Shown piece after piece: positions 26,766 through 39,975 of a stretch of DNA of 64,000 bases. The first letter of the stretch is position 1; every line of letters begins with the position of its first letter. This DNA is from Octopus sinensis (Eukaryota). The stretch is taken from contig NC_043005.1 in the NCBI RefSeq assembly GCF_006345805.1, positions 54,498,001 to 54,562,000 on the forward strand. Reading direction: 5' to 3'. Below the pieces are notes generated by a model. That model did not search any database. It was not told the origin of the DNA and was given only the letters and a program-made list of their open reading frames with translations. Both the position numbers and the translations under genes were made by a program.

Positions 26766-26768
<3 letters not shown>
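26500..26768 (+). mobile_element. Penelope-like terminal repeat with hammerhead-like motif
   Basis: CTTT-CTGTGGA-A-GAGAGTATGCTC-GAGA-CGTT-AAAG; same family as 10767-10960 and 38511-38645. Confidence 0.55.
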
Positions 26769-26828
<60 letters not shown>

Positions 26829-27015
26829 AATGTGTGTATATATCATCATCACTTACAACACTTACTTTGAAATACAGTTAGGTTAAATACGGAAACATTA
26901 AACAAGTGAAGACATCAATGAATTGATCATAGCTAGGATGTCTTTGAACACAGGTATGTTGGGCTCATACTATTTGTAATACCTCAAATACCCATGTTCA
27001 GCAGGATTGGGGAAC

Positions 27016-27048
<33 letters not shown>

Positions 27049-27245
27049 GGTGTAGGAGTGGCTGTGTGGTAAGTAGCTTGCTTGTGAACAACATGGTCCC
27101 TGTAACTTAGCAGTTTGGCAAAAGAGACCAATAGAATAAGTACTTGGCTTACAAAGAATAAGTCCTGGGGTCAATTTGCTCAACTAAAGGCAGTGCTCCA
27201 GCATGGCCACAGTCAAATAACTGAAACAAGTAAAAGATATATCTG

Positions 27246-27304
<59 letters not shown>

Positions 27305-28270
27305 ATCCACCCCATTTGATGTATATAGATAATACCATACCAAATTCTGGTGCCTTTAACTTAAGTACCATATTCATCTGAATTTAAATTTTGCTGAATT
27401 TATATATATATATTATCTTTCACCATTTTCTTATTTTAGTCATTTGACTGTGGCCATGCTGGGGCACTGCCTTGAAGGGCTTTAGTCAAACAAATCAACT
27501 TCAGGTCTTATTCTATCAGTCTCCCTTGCTGAACTAGTAAGTTACATGGACACAAACACACAAACACTGGCTGTTAAGTGGTGGTGGGAGACAAACACAG
27601 ACACAAAGACAGACTTTGGTTGGCTGAAGCTAAAGTAGAAGACACTTGGCCAAGGTGCCACGCAGTGGGACTGAACCTGAAATCATGTGGTTGGTAAGCA
27701 AGCTACTTATCACACAGACACTCCCGCGCCTATTTTTATAATTAGATATCATTAAAAATTATATTAAAAAATTGTTAGAATATTTTGTGTATTGTAGAAG
27801 TACAGCCAATGTATTGTACATAAATTTTGACAACAAAATCTCATATGGACCCCCAGGGTTCATTTGGACCCTGGTTGAGGACCACTGCTCTAAACTATTG
27901 CTGTAAATGGTAAAAGTATAACTTCTTCCTCTGCAGTTTTAAGCTGATGAACTCCTCTTTGATGTCAAAAGAAGTGGAAGCTAATAATTTCAAGGAAATT
28001 TCATAACTGCATAATAATTCTATTTTGGAACAGTGGATCTTGAAACAGGTAATGCTAAATAATAGCATGTAAATATTCAGTTAAAAAAATCCTTGAATAA
28101 TTTAAGGCTACTCATGGAAATCAAACCCACATCTCCTGAAGATATGACAGGTGTAATATCCTTTGCTTCAGTTGATACAAAAATTACTACACCCATACAA
28201 AAGGGAACTTGTTTTAGAATTCAAAGAATATAAATGAAAGCATATATAATTTATTTAATATATTCTAATG

Positions 28271-28312
28271 AATTTCAAAGTGTTTCAGGTTTACAGCCTC
28301 ATCAGAGAAAAT
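28271..28312 (-). ncRNA. Hammerhead-ribozyme-like motif (decayed)
   Basis: Minus strand TTTTCT-CTGATGA-GGC-TGTAA-ACCT-GAAA-CAC. Confidence 0.4.
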
Positions 28313-28361
28313 TGAGAAATTTTTAAAAGGAGAATTGTATAAATTCTAATGAGGAAACAAA

Positions 28362-28583
28362 TTAACCCTTTTGATATCAACACCCTTGGGATTGCCATGG
28401 ATTCTATGTTATAAACTTGATTTTTTAAAGAGATTTAAATTAAATCTTTCTTTCAAAATTTCACATCGATTCACACCAACATAATAATGACACAGATTAT
28501 TCTGCTAAATTCTTTATTATTTTGAAAATTAATTAAAATAAAAGCCACCAATTTTAACAGGGTTATGATAATGAAAGAGTTAA
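28362..28583. mobile_element. piggyBac-type MITE (TTAA target)
   Basis: TTAACCCTTTTGATA...GAAAGAGTTAA; homologous to 403-624. Confidence 0.6.
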
Positions 28584-29119
28584 TGAGGTATTAAAGAACA
28601 AATGGAAAAGAAAAACAAAGAGTGGAAAATAATCATGGTTCATAAAAATATCACCATTGTTAAGAGGGGACAAAAAAAACTAACAGTAATTAACAGTAAT
28701 GAGGAACTGTCATTCAAGGTAGGAAAATTTAATTTGAAATCTTTGATTTGGGGAATTGAGTTATGAGAGGCCATATAGACAGAAGGAGATAACTTAGTCA
28801 TGCTACTACAGTGCTGAACTAGACTCGGAGCAAAATGTTTGTATTGAATTAATAACTAAATAAACAGAGGCAGATGATTAAACATAAAAATTTGTTTATA
28901 CAGCAAACCAATTGGCTGTGAATAATACAACATACTTCAAATTTTAAGGATTATATAGATATAATATTATAGTTAAAGATGAAACTATTACAATGTTAAA
29001 CTATTTAAATTATCTTTTTAATTAAGGTAAATTTTAAGTAGTTATGTAAACATAATGATTAGGCCACTGATGAATAAACTCAAGTCAGGTCAGGGATCTC
29101 ATCACAGGCCAATGAGACC

Positions 29120-29380
29120 TGCCACTCTCTCTCTCTATCCACTCAGTCGAAGTCGACTCTCGGTCGCTCGTTGGATCAGTGTCCTCCAGTCAGTTCTACC
29201 TTGGGCTGCTTCTTTCAGATAGGCTATGTCCATTCCGGCATCAATCTTGATGGTGTCAAGCCAGCGGGTTCTTGGTCGGCCTCTTCCTCTCTTGCCACTG
29301 ATCATTTCCGAAATCCAGGGATTTTCTCCGCATAATATGACCAAAATATGCCAATCTTGGTGATCCTAGCTTCTAATATC
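29120..29380 (-). mobile_element. RTE (BovB-like) LINE 3' end
   Basis: YFGHIMR..; SGKRGRGRPRTRWLDTIKID...DWRTLIQRATESRLRL; short (GA)n tail. Confidence 0.85.
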
Positions 29381-30828
29381 ATGTAAACTATTACAACATA
29401 TTCCATGGTTGAGTGGTCAGTGGCTAAACTGGCTCCTGCACTTTAGTAGCTTGCTACTTTTGAGGAACGTGTCTATGTACACAGAAGGACTAAAAACAAA
29501 ACCTAATGAAGGATGTAAGAGTTCTTTGTGGGCCAATGGCCAACTAGTTGGGGAAGGCAATGGCAAACCAGCCCAAGATCTCTGCCATGAAAACACTAAG
29601 AGAAAGTCTGAACGAAGTAAGACTATAGTTTCGTCTGATAACAGAGCTCGTGCTTAATCAGGAGAACTTCCCAGATTAAGCATGAGTTCTTGCATTGTAG
29701 TAACATCAACATGCTACAAGCATATGATAACGACAGGCAAGGCTAATACACCAAAGTAAATAGGTAAAATTACCTGCTTGTAATTATATAAATATTAGAC
29801 AGCATCAGTTAAATTCTTAAGAGAAACATGTATTTCAACTTCATCTACAGAAGTCTTGATTCTTGAGATGATCATCCCTGCTGGTTTCAGTAGCTATTTG
29901 GTAACCATGATACATTGTTTAAAGGCAGAGGCGATATGAATTAATCATGAATACATGTTGCATGGTATTTAGTATATCTGTATTTGTCTATGATGTTCAT
30001 ATACATGACACTGGCCATTCTGAGTTATTTCTCTTAGCTCAATTTTGTTTCGTTTGTGAATATATATATGTATGTGTATATGTGTGTATATGTGTGTATA
30101 TGTATGTGTGCGTGTGTGTGTGTGTTTGTGTGTGTGTGTTTGTGTGTGTGTGGTGTGTGTGTGTGTGTGTGTGTTTGTGTTAGAAGCCAGTTCCTTCTGC
30201 ATAGGAAGGATTTAAATAATTAAAAACAAGAGAAAATGCATTCACACACACTCGTACATGCACACACACATACATACAAACATACATACATACATCCATC
30301 CATCCATCCTTCCATCCATCCATCCATACATAAATACATACATACATACATACATACATGCATGCATGCATACATACATACATACATACATACATACATA
30401 CATACATACATACATACATACATACATACATACATACATACATACATGCATACATATATACATACTTACATATGCATAGCTACATAGACTGCTATTAGTG
30501 TGATTGTTAGTTTATTTTATCTCACATTCCAAGCCCTCTCTTTGAGTTTGGTTCTGGCGAAGCATTGAGCCGGACTCTGCTATCCTTATTTGGACCTCTT
30601 GCCATGATGTATGTTCATCTAGTGTCTTTTAGTTCATTCTGACTCATCTACAACCACCTAAATCACCAGTTTTTTAAAACAAGGAATCGAAATGCTGTGG
30701 GCCATTGAAACTTAAGCTGTTATAATAGATGGAGAGGGTGGGATCTTTGGTACTATGCAGTGGTGTCTAGTCCACGGAATGGAAAAGCTTTCAATATGTG
30801 TGTGTGTGCATGTGTGTATGTATGTATG

Positions 30829-30863
<35 letters not shown>

Positions 30864-30872
30864 TTGTATATG

Positions 30873-30905
<33 letters not shown>

Positions 30906-31058
30906 ATATGTATTATATATATATATATATGTTGTGTGTGTGTGTTATATGTATGTATATATAGTGCGTGTCTGTGTATGTATATGTATGTATATATATA
31001 TATATATATATTTTTTTTTTTATATATACATATATATATATACATACATACATATATA

Positions 31059-31110
<52 letters not shown>

Positions 31111-31630
31111 ATAATATATATATATATAATATATATATATACATATAATATATATATATATATATATATTATATATACATATACATATATATATATATAT
31201 ATATCATATATATATATATCATATTTCTTGTTCTGTACTTTACCAGTGTAATAACTTGTCCTGAACTTTTCCAAGTGTAACAACTTGTCCTGTACTTTTC
31301 CAGATTTACAATTTCAAAAATATTATTTCTCATGCTCGTATTCATAGTCTTAATGTTTGTTTATTCAATTTTACTATTTACCACATGCTTACACAGACCC
31401 TCTATGTCCTTCCAACTGACTTGGATTATCTGATTCATGGATTTTCTTACTCTACCTTTGGATTACATTACCTTTAAATTCCTTCAGAGTACACTGTTTC
31501 TGCACCTTTGATTATGAATCATTCTAATTTATCCATGACTCTTTCACCTCACTTCACTTTACTTCATTTCTCCTGATCTCCTTCCTGTTTTCGCTTCTTT
31601 CCCTTCTTTGGAGTTTCCCTTCTCTCCTCT

Positions 31631-31765
31631 TCCTTTCTGATGGAGAGCTATGCTCGAAACATCGAAAATTCTCTCTTGTTACTGAGCGTCAGATTAATAC
31701 ATTCCACGTGCATGTCCACTTGTTTGTTATTGTTATTTTTCATGTTCGTCTATTCCATTTGACTA
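31631..31765 (+). mobile_element. Penelope-like terminus with hammerhead-like motif
   Basis: CTTT-CTGATGGA-GAGC-TAT-GCTC-GAAA-CATC-GAAA; preceded by a pyrimidine-rich tract and followed by (TA)n. Confidence 0.5.
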
Positions 31766-32377
31766 TATATATATATACACACAATTTAAACTGAATAACC
31801 CAAATATATATATATAATTGTATATATATTTGCATATATATATATGTATATATACATATGTATATGTATACGTGGATATATATATATATATATAATATAA
31901 TATATATATAATATATATATTCATATTATATATATAATATATAATATATATAATATATACATATTACATATATACATATATACATATATACATATACGTA
32001 TATTTGGGGTTTCAGTTTAAATTGTATATGAAGAATACTTGACTTTTGCATATTGAATTCACAATTTATTACTTTTTGGTAAATCAATACAAGACAATAG
32101 GTGTGAGTGCAAATACGTACATATATACATATTTGGAGGCACGGCATACACACACATTTAAATATATTGCAAATGTGTTTCTCTCTTACCCTTTCTTTTT
32201 CCTAACCTTCATTCTCTCTCTTGCTCTCTCTCCCACTTTCTTCACATATGTGTATGTATATATAATTATATATATATAATATACAAACACATACACACAT
32301 ATGTATATATGCATATGTGTATATATATGTATATATATATATATATTTATACAATATATATATAGTATATACATATT

Positions 32378-32412
<35 letters not shown>

Positions 32413-32415
32413 TCA

Positions 32416-32478
<63 letters not shown>

Positions 32479-32603
32479 CATATATATAACACATACACTC
32501 ACATTTGCAATATGCGTGAGTGTATGTATGCGTGGATGTATGTATATGTATGCATGCATATACATACATCTCTCTCAGGCAAACATATGTGGAAGAGATG
32601 AAA

Positions 32604-32635
<32 letters not shown>

Positions 32636-33120
32636 CAATCGAGAGTGAGATGAGGGAAGACAGAGGGAAAAGGGAGAGGGAAGAGAAAGAATGAGAGACA
32701 GAAAAATACTCTAGATTCTTGTTTTTCAGAGCGTAACAGAGCCCTCATTTCAGTTTGGTCTAATTAAGCAACTGCCCAACTTATAAAATGTGTTTTTATG
32801 TAATGAGATAATGGGCCATAAATCATAGCTTACTTAGCAAGTGAAATATTTAAAGAAAGGAGTTTCTATAGAAAATACATAAATAGCACTCAGCTTTTTC
32901 AAAAGAAGAAAAGTCACTCTGAGTCAGAAATTTGGCCTCTGCGTCATGGCTTAACATGTTGGAAATAACAAAGAAATTTCTCTCAAATCACTAAAAGACT
33001 CTGTTCTGAGATATTTACTAAAAATAGCTAGCAAAATACACTCTATCATTTAAGAAAATAAATATTCCATGTTGTAGTTTGATATGCTACAAAGAGTAGC
33101 TAAATTTTCTCCACATATAT

Positions 33121-33449
33121 AGGTACAGGCGTAACTGTGTGGTAAGAAGCTTGCTTCCCAGACCACATAGTTCTGGATTCAGTTCCACTGCATGGCCCCT
33201 TAGGCAAGTGTCTTCTACTATAGCCTCACTATAGCCTCAGGCTGACGAAATCCTTGTGAGTGGATTTGGTAGACAGAAACTGAAAGAAGCCCATCATATA
33301 TATATATATATATATATATTGTGTGTGTGTCTTTATTTTATGTATGTTTGTCTCTTATCACTGCTTGACAACCAGTGTTGGTTTGTTTACTTTCCCATAA
33401 CTAGTGGTTCAGCAAAGAGTACAATAAAATAAGTAACAGGCTTAAAATG

Positions 33450-33492
<43 letters not shown>

Positions 33493-33660
33493 CCCACACA
33501 CACACACATACACACACACACACACACCTATATATATATATTATATATAATATATATGATATAATATTACTGGGGTTGATTTATTCAACTGAAAAATTCT
33601 TCAAGGCAGTGCCCCAGCATGGCCACAGTCTAATGACTGAAGCAAGTAAAAGAAAGAAGA
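33121..33660 (+). mobile_element. SINE family A variant with internal microsatellites
   Basis: Head CTGTGTGGTAAGAAGCTTGC, core GGCAAGTGTCTTCTACTATAGCC, tail CAGCATGGCCACAGTC. Confidence 0.8.
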
Positions 33661-34160
33661 TGAAATTTATATCATTATTCTTTTAAAGAAAGACCTCTGT
33701 ATAGCAGATCAAGCTTCTAGAAATATCAACCAAATATCCTTGCCATTTACATCCTACCATCTGTGGTTGGTCAATCTCCTAGAAATAGCAGCTAAATGTC
33801 CCTCAACTCACGCTTTATCATTTTCAAGAAACATGCTATGTAGTGAATTAGTGGCTTGCTCTACTAGAAATGACAGACAAATCTCTTGTAAATCACTCAC
33901 TATCATTTTGAAAAGAAAATGCATATATTGAATTATGTAGGTCTGAGCATGCTGTGTTTATAACAAAACTAAAAAAGATGAGATGATTACAACTAGTAGG
34001 TCTTTGGTTATTCCACTGTCTAATCAAACCTGAATGTATGAACAGCAAAGGCGACTTCAGTGGAATTTGAACTCAGAACATAAGGAACTGGAAGACATGC
34101 TGCTAAGTGTTTTGTCCAGAAATGGTAACGGTTCTGCTAGCTTGTCACATTATACACAAG

Positions 34161-34192
34161 AATAATAATAATAATAATAATAATAAAAATAA

Positions 34193-34268
<76 letters not shown>
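34161..34268. repeat. (AAT)n microsatellite
   Basis: Direct inspection. Confidence 0.95.
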
Positions 34269-34269
<1 letters not shown>

Positions 34270-35310
34270 GCAAAACACGAGCAAAACAAAAAACTGTTCT
34301 CAGTTTTTAAGGAAGCTGACAAATACAAACAAGAAATCATACCACCTAATAAATATGAAGAAGAAGAAGAAGAAGATGAAGAAACAACAAAAGCTATAAA
34401 ACAAATGAATCCAAACTAAAAATAGAACAGCAACGAACCATGATAAACAATGGCAAGAAAACCCCTTTTTGGTAAATACTGGACTAAACTAAACGCAAAG
34501 AATAGACAAAGAAAAAATCCCAGCAATGGTTGAGAAGCAGGACTCAAAGCAGAACAGAGGGATTTTTAATTGCAGCACAAGACCAAAGCCTCCCCCACCA
34601 GAATTACCAAAAACATGTAATGAAAAGAAAATATACAAGTAACTGCAGAATATGTGGAGATGGACAAGAAACAATAAATCAATGCTCTGGCTGCCCAGTC
34701 TTGGCTAAGAAGAATATATTCACAGACATCGACGAGTTGGAAACCTACACACTGGAAAGCTATCCCAACATTATGGAATAACAACAAAAAACGATGGTAT
34801 AGGCACACACCAGGAAAAGTCACAGAAAACGAGAAAGCAAACCATACTCTGGGATATGCCGATACACACAGATAGAGAATTAAGGCTAACAGACCAGATA
34901 TAGTTGTTAGAGATCATGAAGAAAAAAAATGTTTTCTAATTGATGTATTCATACCGGCAGATGACAACATGTCTCTAAAAGAAATGGAGAAAATTTTCAA
35001 AATACAAAGACCTGGAAATAGAGGTAACCAGAATGTGGAATCTAAACACAGAAACAATTCCTATCATAGTAGGTGCATTAGGCATGATAAAAAAATATTC
35101 AGACAAATACATAACAAAAACACCAGGACTTACAAACACATATAACATACAAAAAATTGCACTACTAGGCACTGCACACATCCTATGCAGAACACTTTCC
35201 ATACAATAACCATCAGAGCATCACAACAAATCACAGCACATACCTAAGGCACACAGAACTGTTCTCGGTAGTCAAGTGAAAGCACGCTATAAAAATAAAA
35301 CTACTGAATA
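34266..35310 (+). mobile_element. R4/Dong-like non-LTR retrotransposon, 5'-truncated (zinc knuckle + restriction-like endonuclease)
   Basis: TEGFLIAAQDQSL; CRICGDGQETINQ.SGC; NRPDIVVRDHEEKKCFLIDVFIP; EKFSKYKDLEIEVTRMW..IPIIVGALG; flanked by (AAT)n on both sides; frameshifted. Confidence 0.9.
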
Positions 35311-35378
35311 ATAATAATAATAATAATAATATCAATAATAATAATAATAATAATAATAATATCAATAATAATAATAAT

Positions 35379-35737
35379 AACAAGAGCACTCAGAGTGTCC
35401 AAACCTCCCCTCAGGCAAGACCAACATCCTTTCAACAGTTAGCCAGAGATAATTTTAAAAATCTGAAATAAACTCAGCTGCTCTCACAAACGAGAATACT
35501 AAAAATGAACCTGACCGTTCTCAAAAATTAATTAAAAAAAACCAGAAAAATAATCCAAATCCTTGTCTAATACTGGATCAATCCCCAAATCTAATCAGTT
35601 TGCGCCAGTTACGAGGCCAAGTATTTCTGAAAGTTTCGCCCAAATTCATCCAGCAGTACTTGAGATATTTTCACCATGGACAAACAAAAAAAACACGACT
35701 GAAAACAATACCTCCGCTTTTGCTAAGGCGGAGGTAA
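35379..35737 (+). mobile_element. Helentron-associated non-autonomous element (HINE/DINE-like)
   Basis: 5' AACAAGAGCACTCAG..AACCTCC and 3' hairpin TACCTCCGC-TTTTGCTAAG-GCGGAGGTA-ATAA (subterminal inverted repeats), inserted in AAT repeats. Confidence 0.6.
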
Positions 35738-35764
35738 TAATAGTAATAATAATAACATTAATAA

Positions 35765-36231
35765 TAATGGTTTCAAATTTTGGCTCAAGGCCAGCAATTT
35801 ACGAGAAGGGGATAAGTTGATTACAATGATCCCCACCACCCAGTACTCAACTAGTACTTATTTTATCAACCCCAAAAGGATGAAAGGTAAAGTCGACCTT
35901 GGTGGTATTTGAACTCAGAACATAAAGAACTGGAAAAAATGATGCTAAGCCTTCTGTCCAGCATGGTAATAATTAACAATTCTGCTAGCTTGTCACATTA
36001 CACACAAGAACAATAATAATAATAGTCCTTTCTACTAATGGCACAAGGCCTCAAAATTTTGGGGGAGGGGACAAGTCAATTGCATTGACCCCCAGTGTTT
36101 CACTGGTACTTTATTTATTGACCCTGAAAGGATGAAAGGCAAAGTCGACCTTAGCAGAATTTGAACTCATAACGTAGCAACAGGTGAAATACCACTAAGC
36201 AACATGTTAACAATTCTGCCAGCTCACCACC

Positions 36232-36233
<2 letters not shown>
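35765..36233 (-). mobile_element. Two adjacent SINE family C copies
   Basis: GGATGAAAGG(C/T)AAAGTCGACC...TTTGAACTCA twice. Confidence 0.8.
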
Positions 36234-36292
<59 letters not shown>

Positions 36293-36485
36293 CATCATCG
36301 TTTAACGTCTGCTTTCCATGCTAGCATGGGTTGGACTGTTCAACTGGGGTCTGGGAAGCCCGAAGGCTGCACCAGGCCAGTCAGATCTGGCAGTGTTTCT
36401 ACAGCTGGATGCCCTTCCTAACGCCAACCACTCTGTGAGTGTAGTGGGTACTTTTTATGTGCCACCGACACAGGTGCCAGACAAG
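36293..36485 (-). mobile_element. RTE-related short non-autonomous element with (GAT)n tail
   Basis: Minus strand GGTTGGCGTTAGGAAGGGCATCCAGCTGTAGAAAC...CAACCCATGCTAGCATGGAAAGCAGACGTTAAACGATGATG; related copies at ~7570, 11050-11470, 20760, 39075, 39435, 42125, 63395. Confidence 0.65.
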
Positions 36486-36506
36486 GCTTAATAATAATAA
36501 TAATAA

Positions 36507-36558
<52 letters not shown>

Positions 36559-37605
36559 GTTTCAAATTTTGCCACAAGAGCATAATTTCTTACATAAGCA
36601 TGAGGCAAGAAATCTTTGGTGTGAGAGGAAACTTGAATCTTATTTACTTTTTATTGATCCCAGAAAGATTAAAAGCAAAGTTGATCTCAAAAAGGTTTGA
36701 ATTCACAACCTCAAGATCCATCACAATTACCACAGGACAATTAATTTGACTGTCTAACAGTTCAGCCAAGTTACCCACGACACTAATAACAACACGCTAC
36801 CCACCACACTAACAGCAACAACAGCATTAATTACTACAGTACTTAGAACAAATTTGGAACTAATGATACATATCAGAGAAGACTTTTTTTTTTCTCTTTT
36901 GCATGTGTTGAAAATTTCATGCAATTATTTTCTTGTCATCTCTCTCCTTATCTTCATTCCCAATTACAGTCTAGTCTATCTTACTGTTGTAATATTCATT
37001 GCTTATGCAACTGAATATATCTCAGTAATCAAGTTATGATCTTACACAGCTAATATAGACATGTTTTAGGAAGTCAGCACCTCATTTAGTGTATAAGCCG
37101 AAATCTACCCGTTGCATATGATCAGGGAAAAATCTGGAATTTTACAACATCAAAAAGTCGTTATTAAAAATAATTGCTCTGGTGATTGTGTTGATGTACC
37201 CAGGAGTTGGCATGGCCATGTCATTAAGTTGTTCAGCTTTGCTACCTCATTTGTTCCAGGTTCAATGCCACAGCATGGCCTTTTAGTCATGCATTCTTCA
37301 TAGCCTCAAATTGGCCAATACCTTGTGAGTTAAATTCAGTTGATAGAAGCTATCGAAAAGCCTATCATATGTATATGCATACATATATGTGTATGTATAT
37401 ATTCATATATATATATACATATTCATATGTATATAGATATACATGTATATATATATGTAAGTATATATGTGTGTGTGTATATATATGTATATATATATAC
37501 ACATACGTATACATACATATATATATATATGTATGTATATATATATAAGTATATATGTGTGTGTGTATATATATACATATATATATATATATATGTATAT
37601 GTATG

Positions 37606-37636
<31 letters not shown>

Positions 37637-37744
37637 GTATATATATGTGTGTGTGTGTGTATATGTATATAGATATGTGTGTGTGTGTGTGTTGTGTGTG
37701 TGTGTGTGTGCATATGTATACACATACACATTAATATAAGAGAG

Positions 37745-38300
37745 ATGATTAAGACAGTTAAAGAGAGAGGAAAAATATAGAGAAGGAAGGAGACCTGAAA
37801 GGTTGAGGGGAAGATGAAAAGGGAAGAAAACGATAAAATGAAGGAGAGCAAAGGTAAAAGTAAAAGAAGGCAAACATGAAATAAAAAGAGTCTAAGAAGT
37901 AGAGTGGTGGAAGGAAAGAGATAAAATGAGAGATATAGAGATGCACTGAGGTCAAGGAAGATAAAATAAAAGGAGAGGAAGAAGTAGGAGATGGAAAGAG
38001 ATAACAGTAGAGGCAGACAGGAGTAAAACGATGGGTGAGAAAGAGGTGAAAAAAGAGGAAGAGAATAAAAAGAAGACGTATAGAAAGTAGGAGGGAGAGT
38101 GATAAAGGAATTAAAAAGAGGAAGAAGGAACAGATAAAGTGAAGACATTGAGTTAAAGTAAAGGAATGGAAAGAGGGTAGGAGTAGGAAAGAAGGAGATA
38201 AAATGATTAAGAAAAGATATAGGGAAGGAAAGGGGTGAATTGAGGGAGAGTAAGAGATTAAAAAAGAGATAGTAAAAAAAAGGGATGGTGAAAGAAAGGA
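37745..38300. repeat. Aperiodic purine-rich (A/G) low-complexity tract
   Basis: Top strand almost entirely A/G over ~550 bp; source of the spurious 316-aa F/L/S-rich minus ORF. Confidence 0.85.
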
Positions 38301-38393
38301 AACCCATGCTAGCATGGAAAGCAGGCGTTAAATGATGATGGTGATGATGATATATATATATATGTATATGCATATATATATAATATATATATA

Positions 38394-38437
<44 letters not shown>

Positions 38438-38476
38438 TATATTTTACTGTGGTTAACCCCAACTCAATCCGGGACC

Positions 38477-38510
<34 letters not shown>

Positions 38511-38515
<5 letters not shown>

Positions 38516-38645
38516 AAACAAAGGATGAAGACAGGTGCATGAACAACAAACAGGTGTATTAGTCTGATGCCCAGGAAAGTGAGAAAGTCTTTATACTTCG
38601 AGCTTATGCTCTTCAACAGAATGGAATAATAGAAAATAAACACAG
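38511..38645 (-). mobile_element. Penelope-like terminal repeat with hammerhead-like motif
   Basis: Minus strand CTGTTGA-A-GAGC-ATAA-GCTC-GAAG-TATA-AAGAC; same family as 10767-10960. Confidence 0.5.
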
Positions 38646-38713
38646 AGTACATATACATACACATACATACATACATACATACATACATACATACATACAT
38701 ACATACATACATA

Positions 38714-38757
<44 letters not shown>

Positions 38758-38848
38758 CATATATTATACATATATAGGAAATAGTGGCACACCAAGGTGC
38801 CATTTTTTGCTGAAAAATAATATTGTATTGTAATAATATTTATATTAT

Positions 38849-38879
<31 letters not shown>

Positions 38880-38951
38880 CAAATATAATAATACTTAATT
38901 GTTCCACCTCCTTGTGTTGTTGTTTTTCTGTTTTCTCGTTTGGATTAACCT

Positions 38952-39031
<80 letters not shown>

Positions 39032-39662
39032 CATATACATATATAATATATATATAACTCATCATCATCGTCGGCGTCGTTTAACGTCTGTTTTCCATGC
39101 TGGCATGGGTTGGACGGTTTGACTGAGGTCTGGAAAGCCTGTGGCTGCACCACACTCCAATCTGATCAGGCAATGTTTCTACAGCTGGATGTCCTTCCTA
39201 ACACATGTATATATGTGTGTGTGTCTGAGTATGTCCCTGAGCATTACTTGACAACTGTAATTTTGTAGTTTGGCAAAAAGAGAATGATAGAATGAATACT
39301 AGGCTTCAAAACATAAGTCCTAATGTTGATTTGCTCGACCAAAAACTGTTCAAAGCAGTACCCCAACATGGCTGCTTTCAAATGACTGATAAAAGATCAT
39401 CAATATCATCGTCGTCATCCTCCTCATCATCATCATCATTTAATGTCCATTTTCCATGATGGCATGGGTTGGACAGTTTGACAGGAACTGACCAGCTAGA
39501 GAGCTGTCCAGGCTTCATATGTCTGTTTTGGCTTGGTTTCTCTGGCTGGATGCCTTCCTAACACCAAACACTTTACAGAGTGAACTAGGAATAAGTGTTT
39601 AAAACAAAGCATTTATGATTAGTTCTGGAATTAGCATTTAAACCAACCCTATTAGGCCCAAC

Positions 39663-39975
39663 TGAAGGCGCATGGCTTAGTGGTTAGGGCATTAAGCTCA
39701 CTATCATAAGGTTGTGAGTTCAATTCATGGTGATACATTGTGTCCTTGAGCAAGACACTTTATTACACATTGCTAAAGTCCACTCAGCTGGTAAAAATGA
39801 GTAGGACCTGTTTTTCAAAGGGCTGGCTCTGTTTCACTTTGTATTACGCAGTATCTCCCTGAGAACTACTTTAAGGGTACACATGTCTGTGGAGTGCTCA
39901 GCCACTTGCATGTTAATTCCACAAGCAGGCTGTTCTGCTGATCAGATCAACTGGAACCCCTGTTGTCACAACAAA
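39663..39975 (+). mobile_element. CORE-like tRNA SINE (family B head, different tail)
   Basis: TGAAGGCGCATGGCTTAGTGGTTAG..GAGTTCAATTC..TGTGTCCTTGAGCAAGACACTTTA..CACTCAGCTGG. Confidence 0.8.

Noticed and set aside
27845-27890. hAT-like terminus (minus strand CAGTGGTCCTCAACC)
   Set aside because: No matching second terminus or 8-bp TSD found.
27937-28048. AG...GT-bounded exon-like segment (similar ones at 2964-3173 and ~9612-9694)
   Set aside because: Stops interrupt the reading frames examined; such site pairs are expected by chance in 64 kb; a lncRNA cannot be supported without transcript data.
30180-32638. Many overlapping YI/CV/HT/MYVC-rich ORFs (also at ~12.1, 24.6, 37.3 and 49.4 kb)
   Set aside because: Di- and tetranucleotide microsatellites lack stop codons; these are artefacts.
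37423-38373. 316-aa ORF, the longest in the track
   Set aside because: Translation of a pyrimidine-rich strand plus (TA)n/(CA)n repeats; no domain-like sequence.
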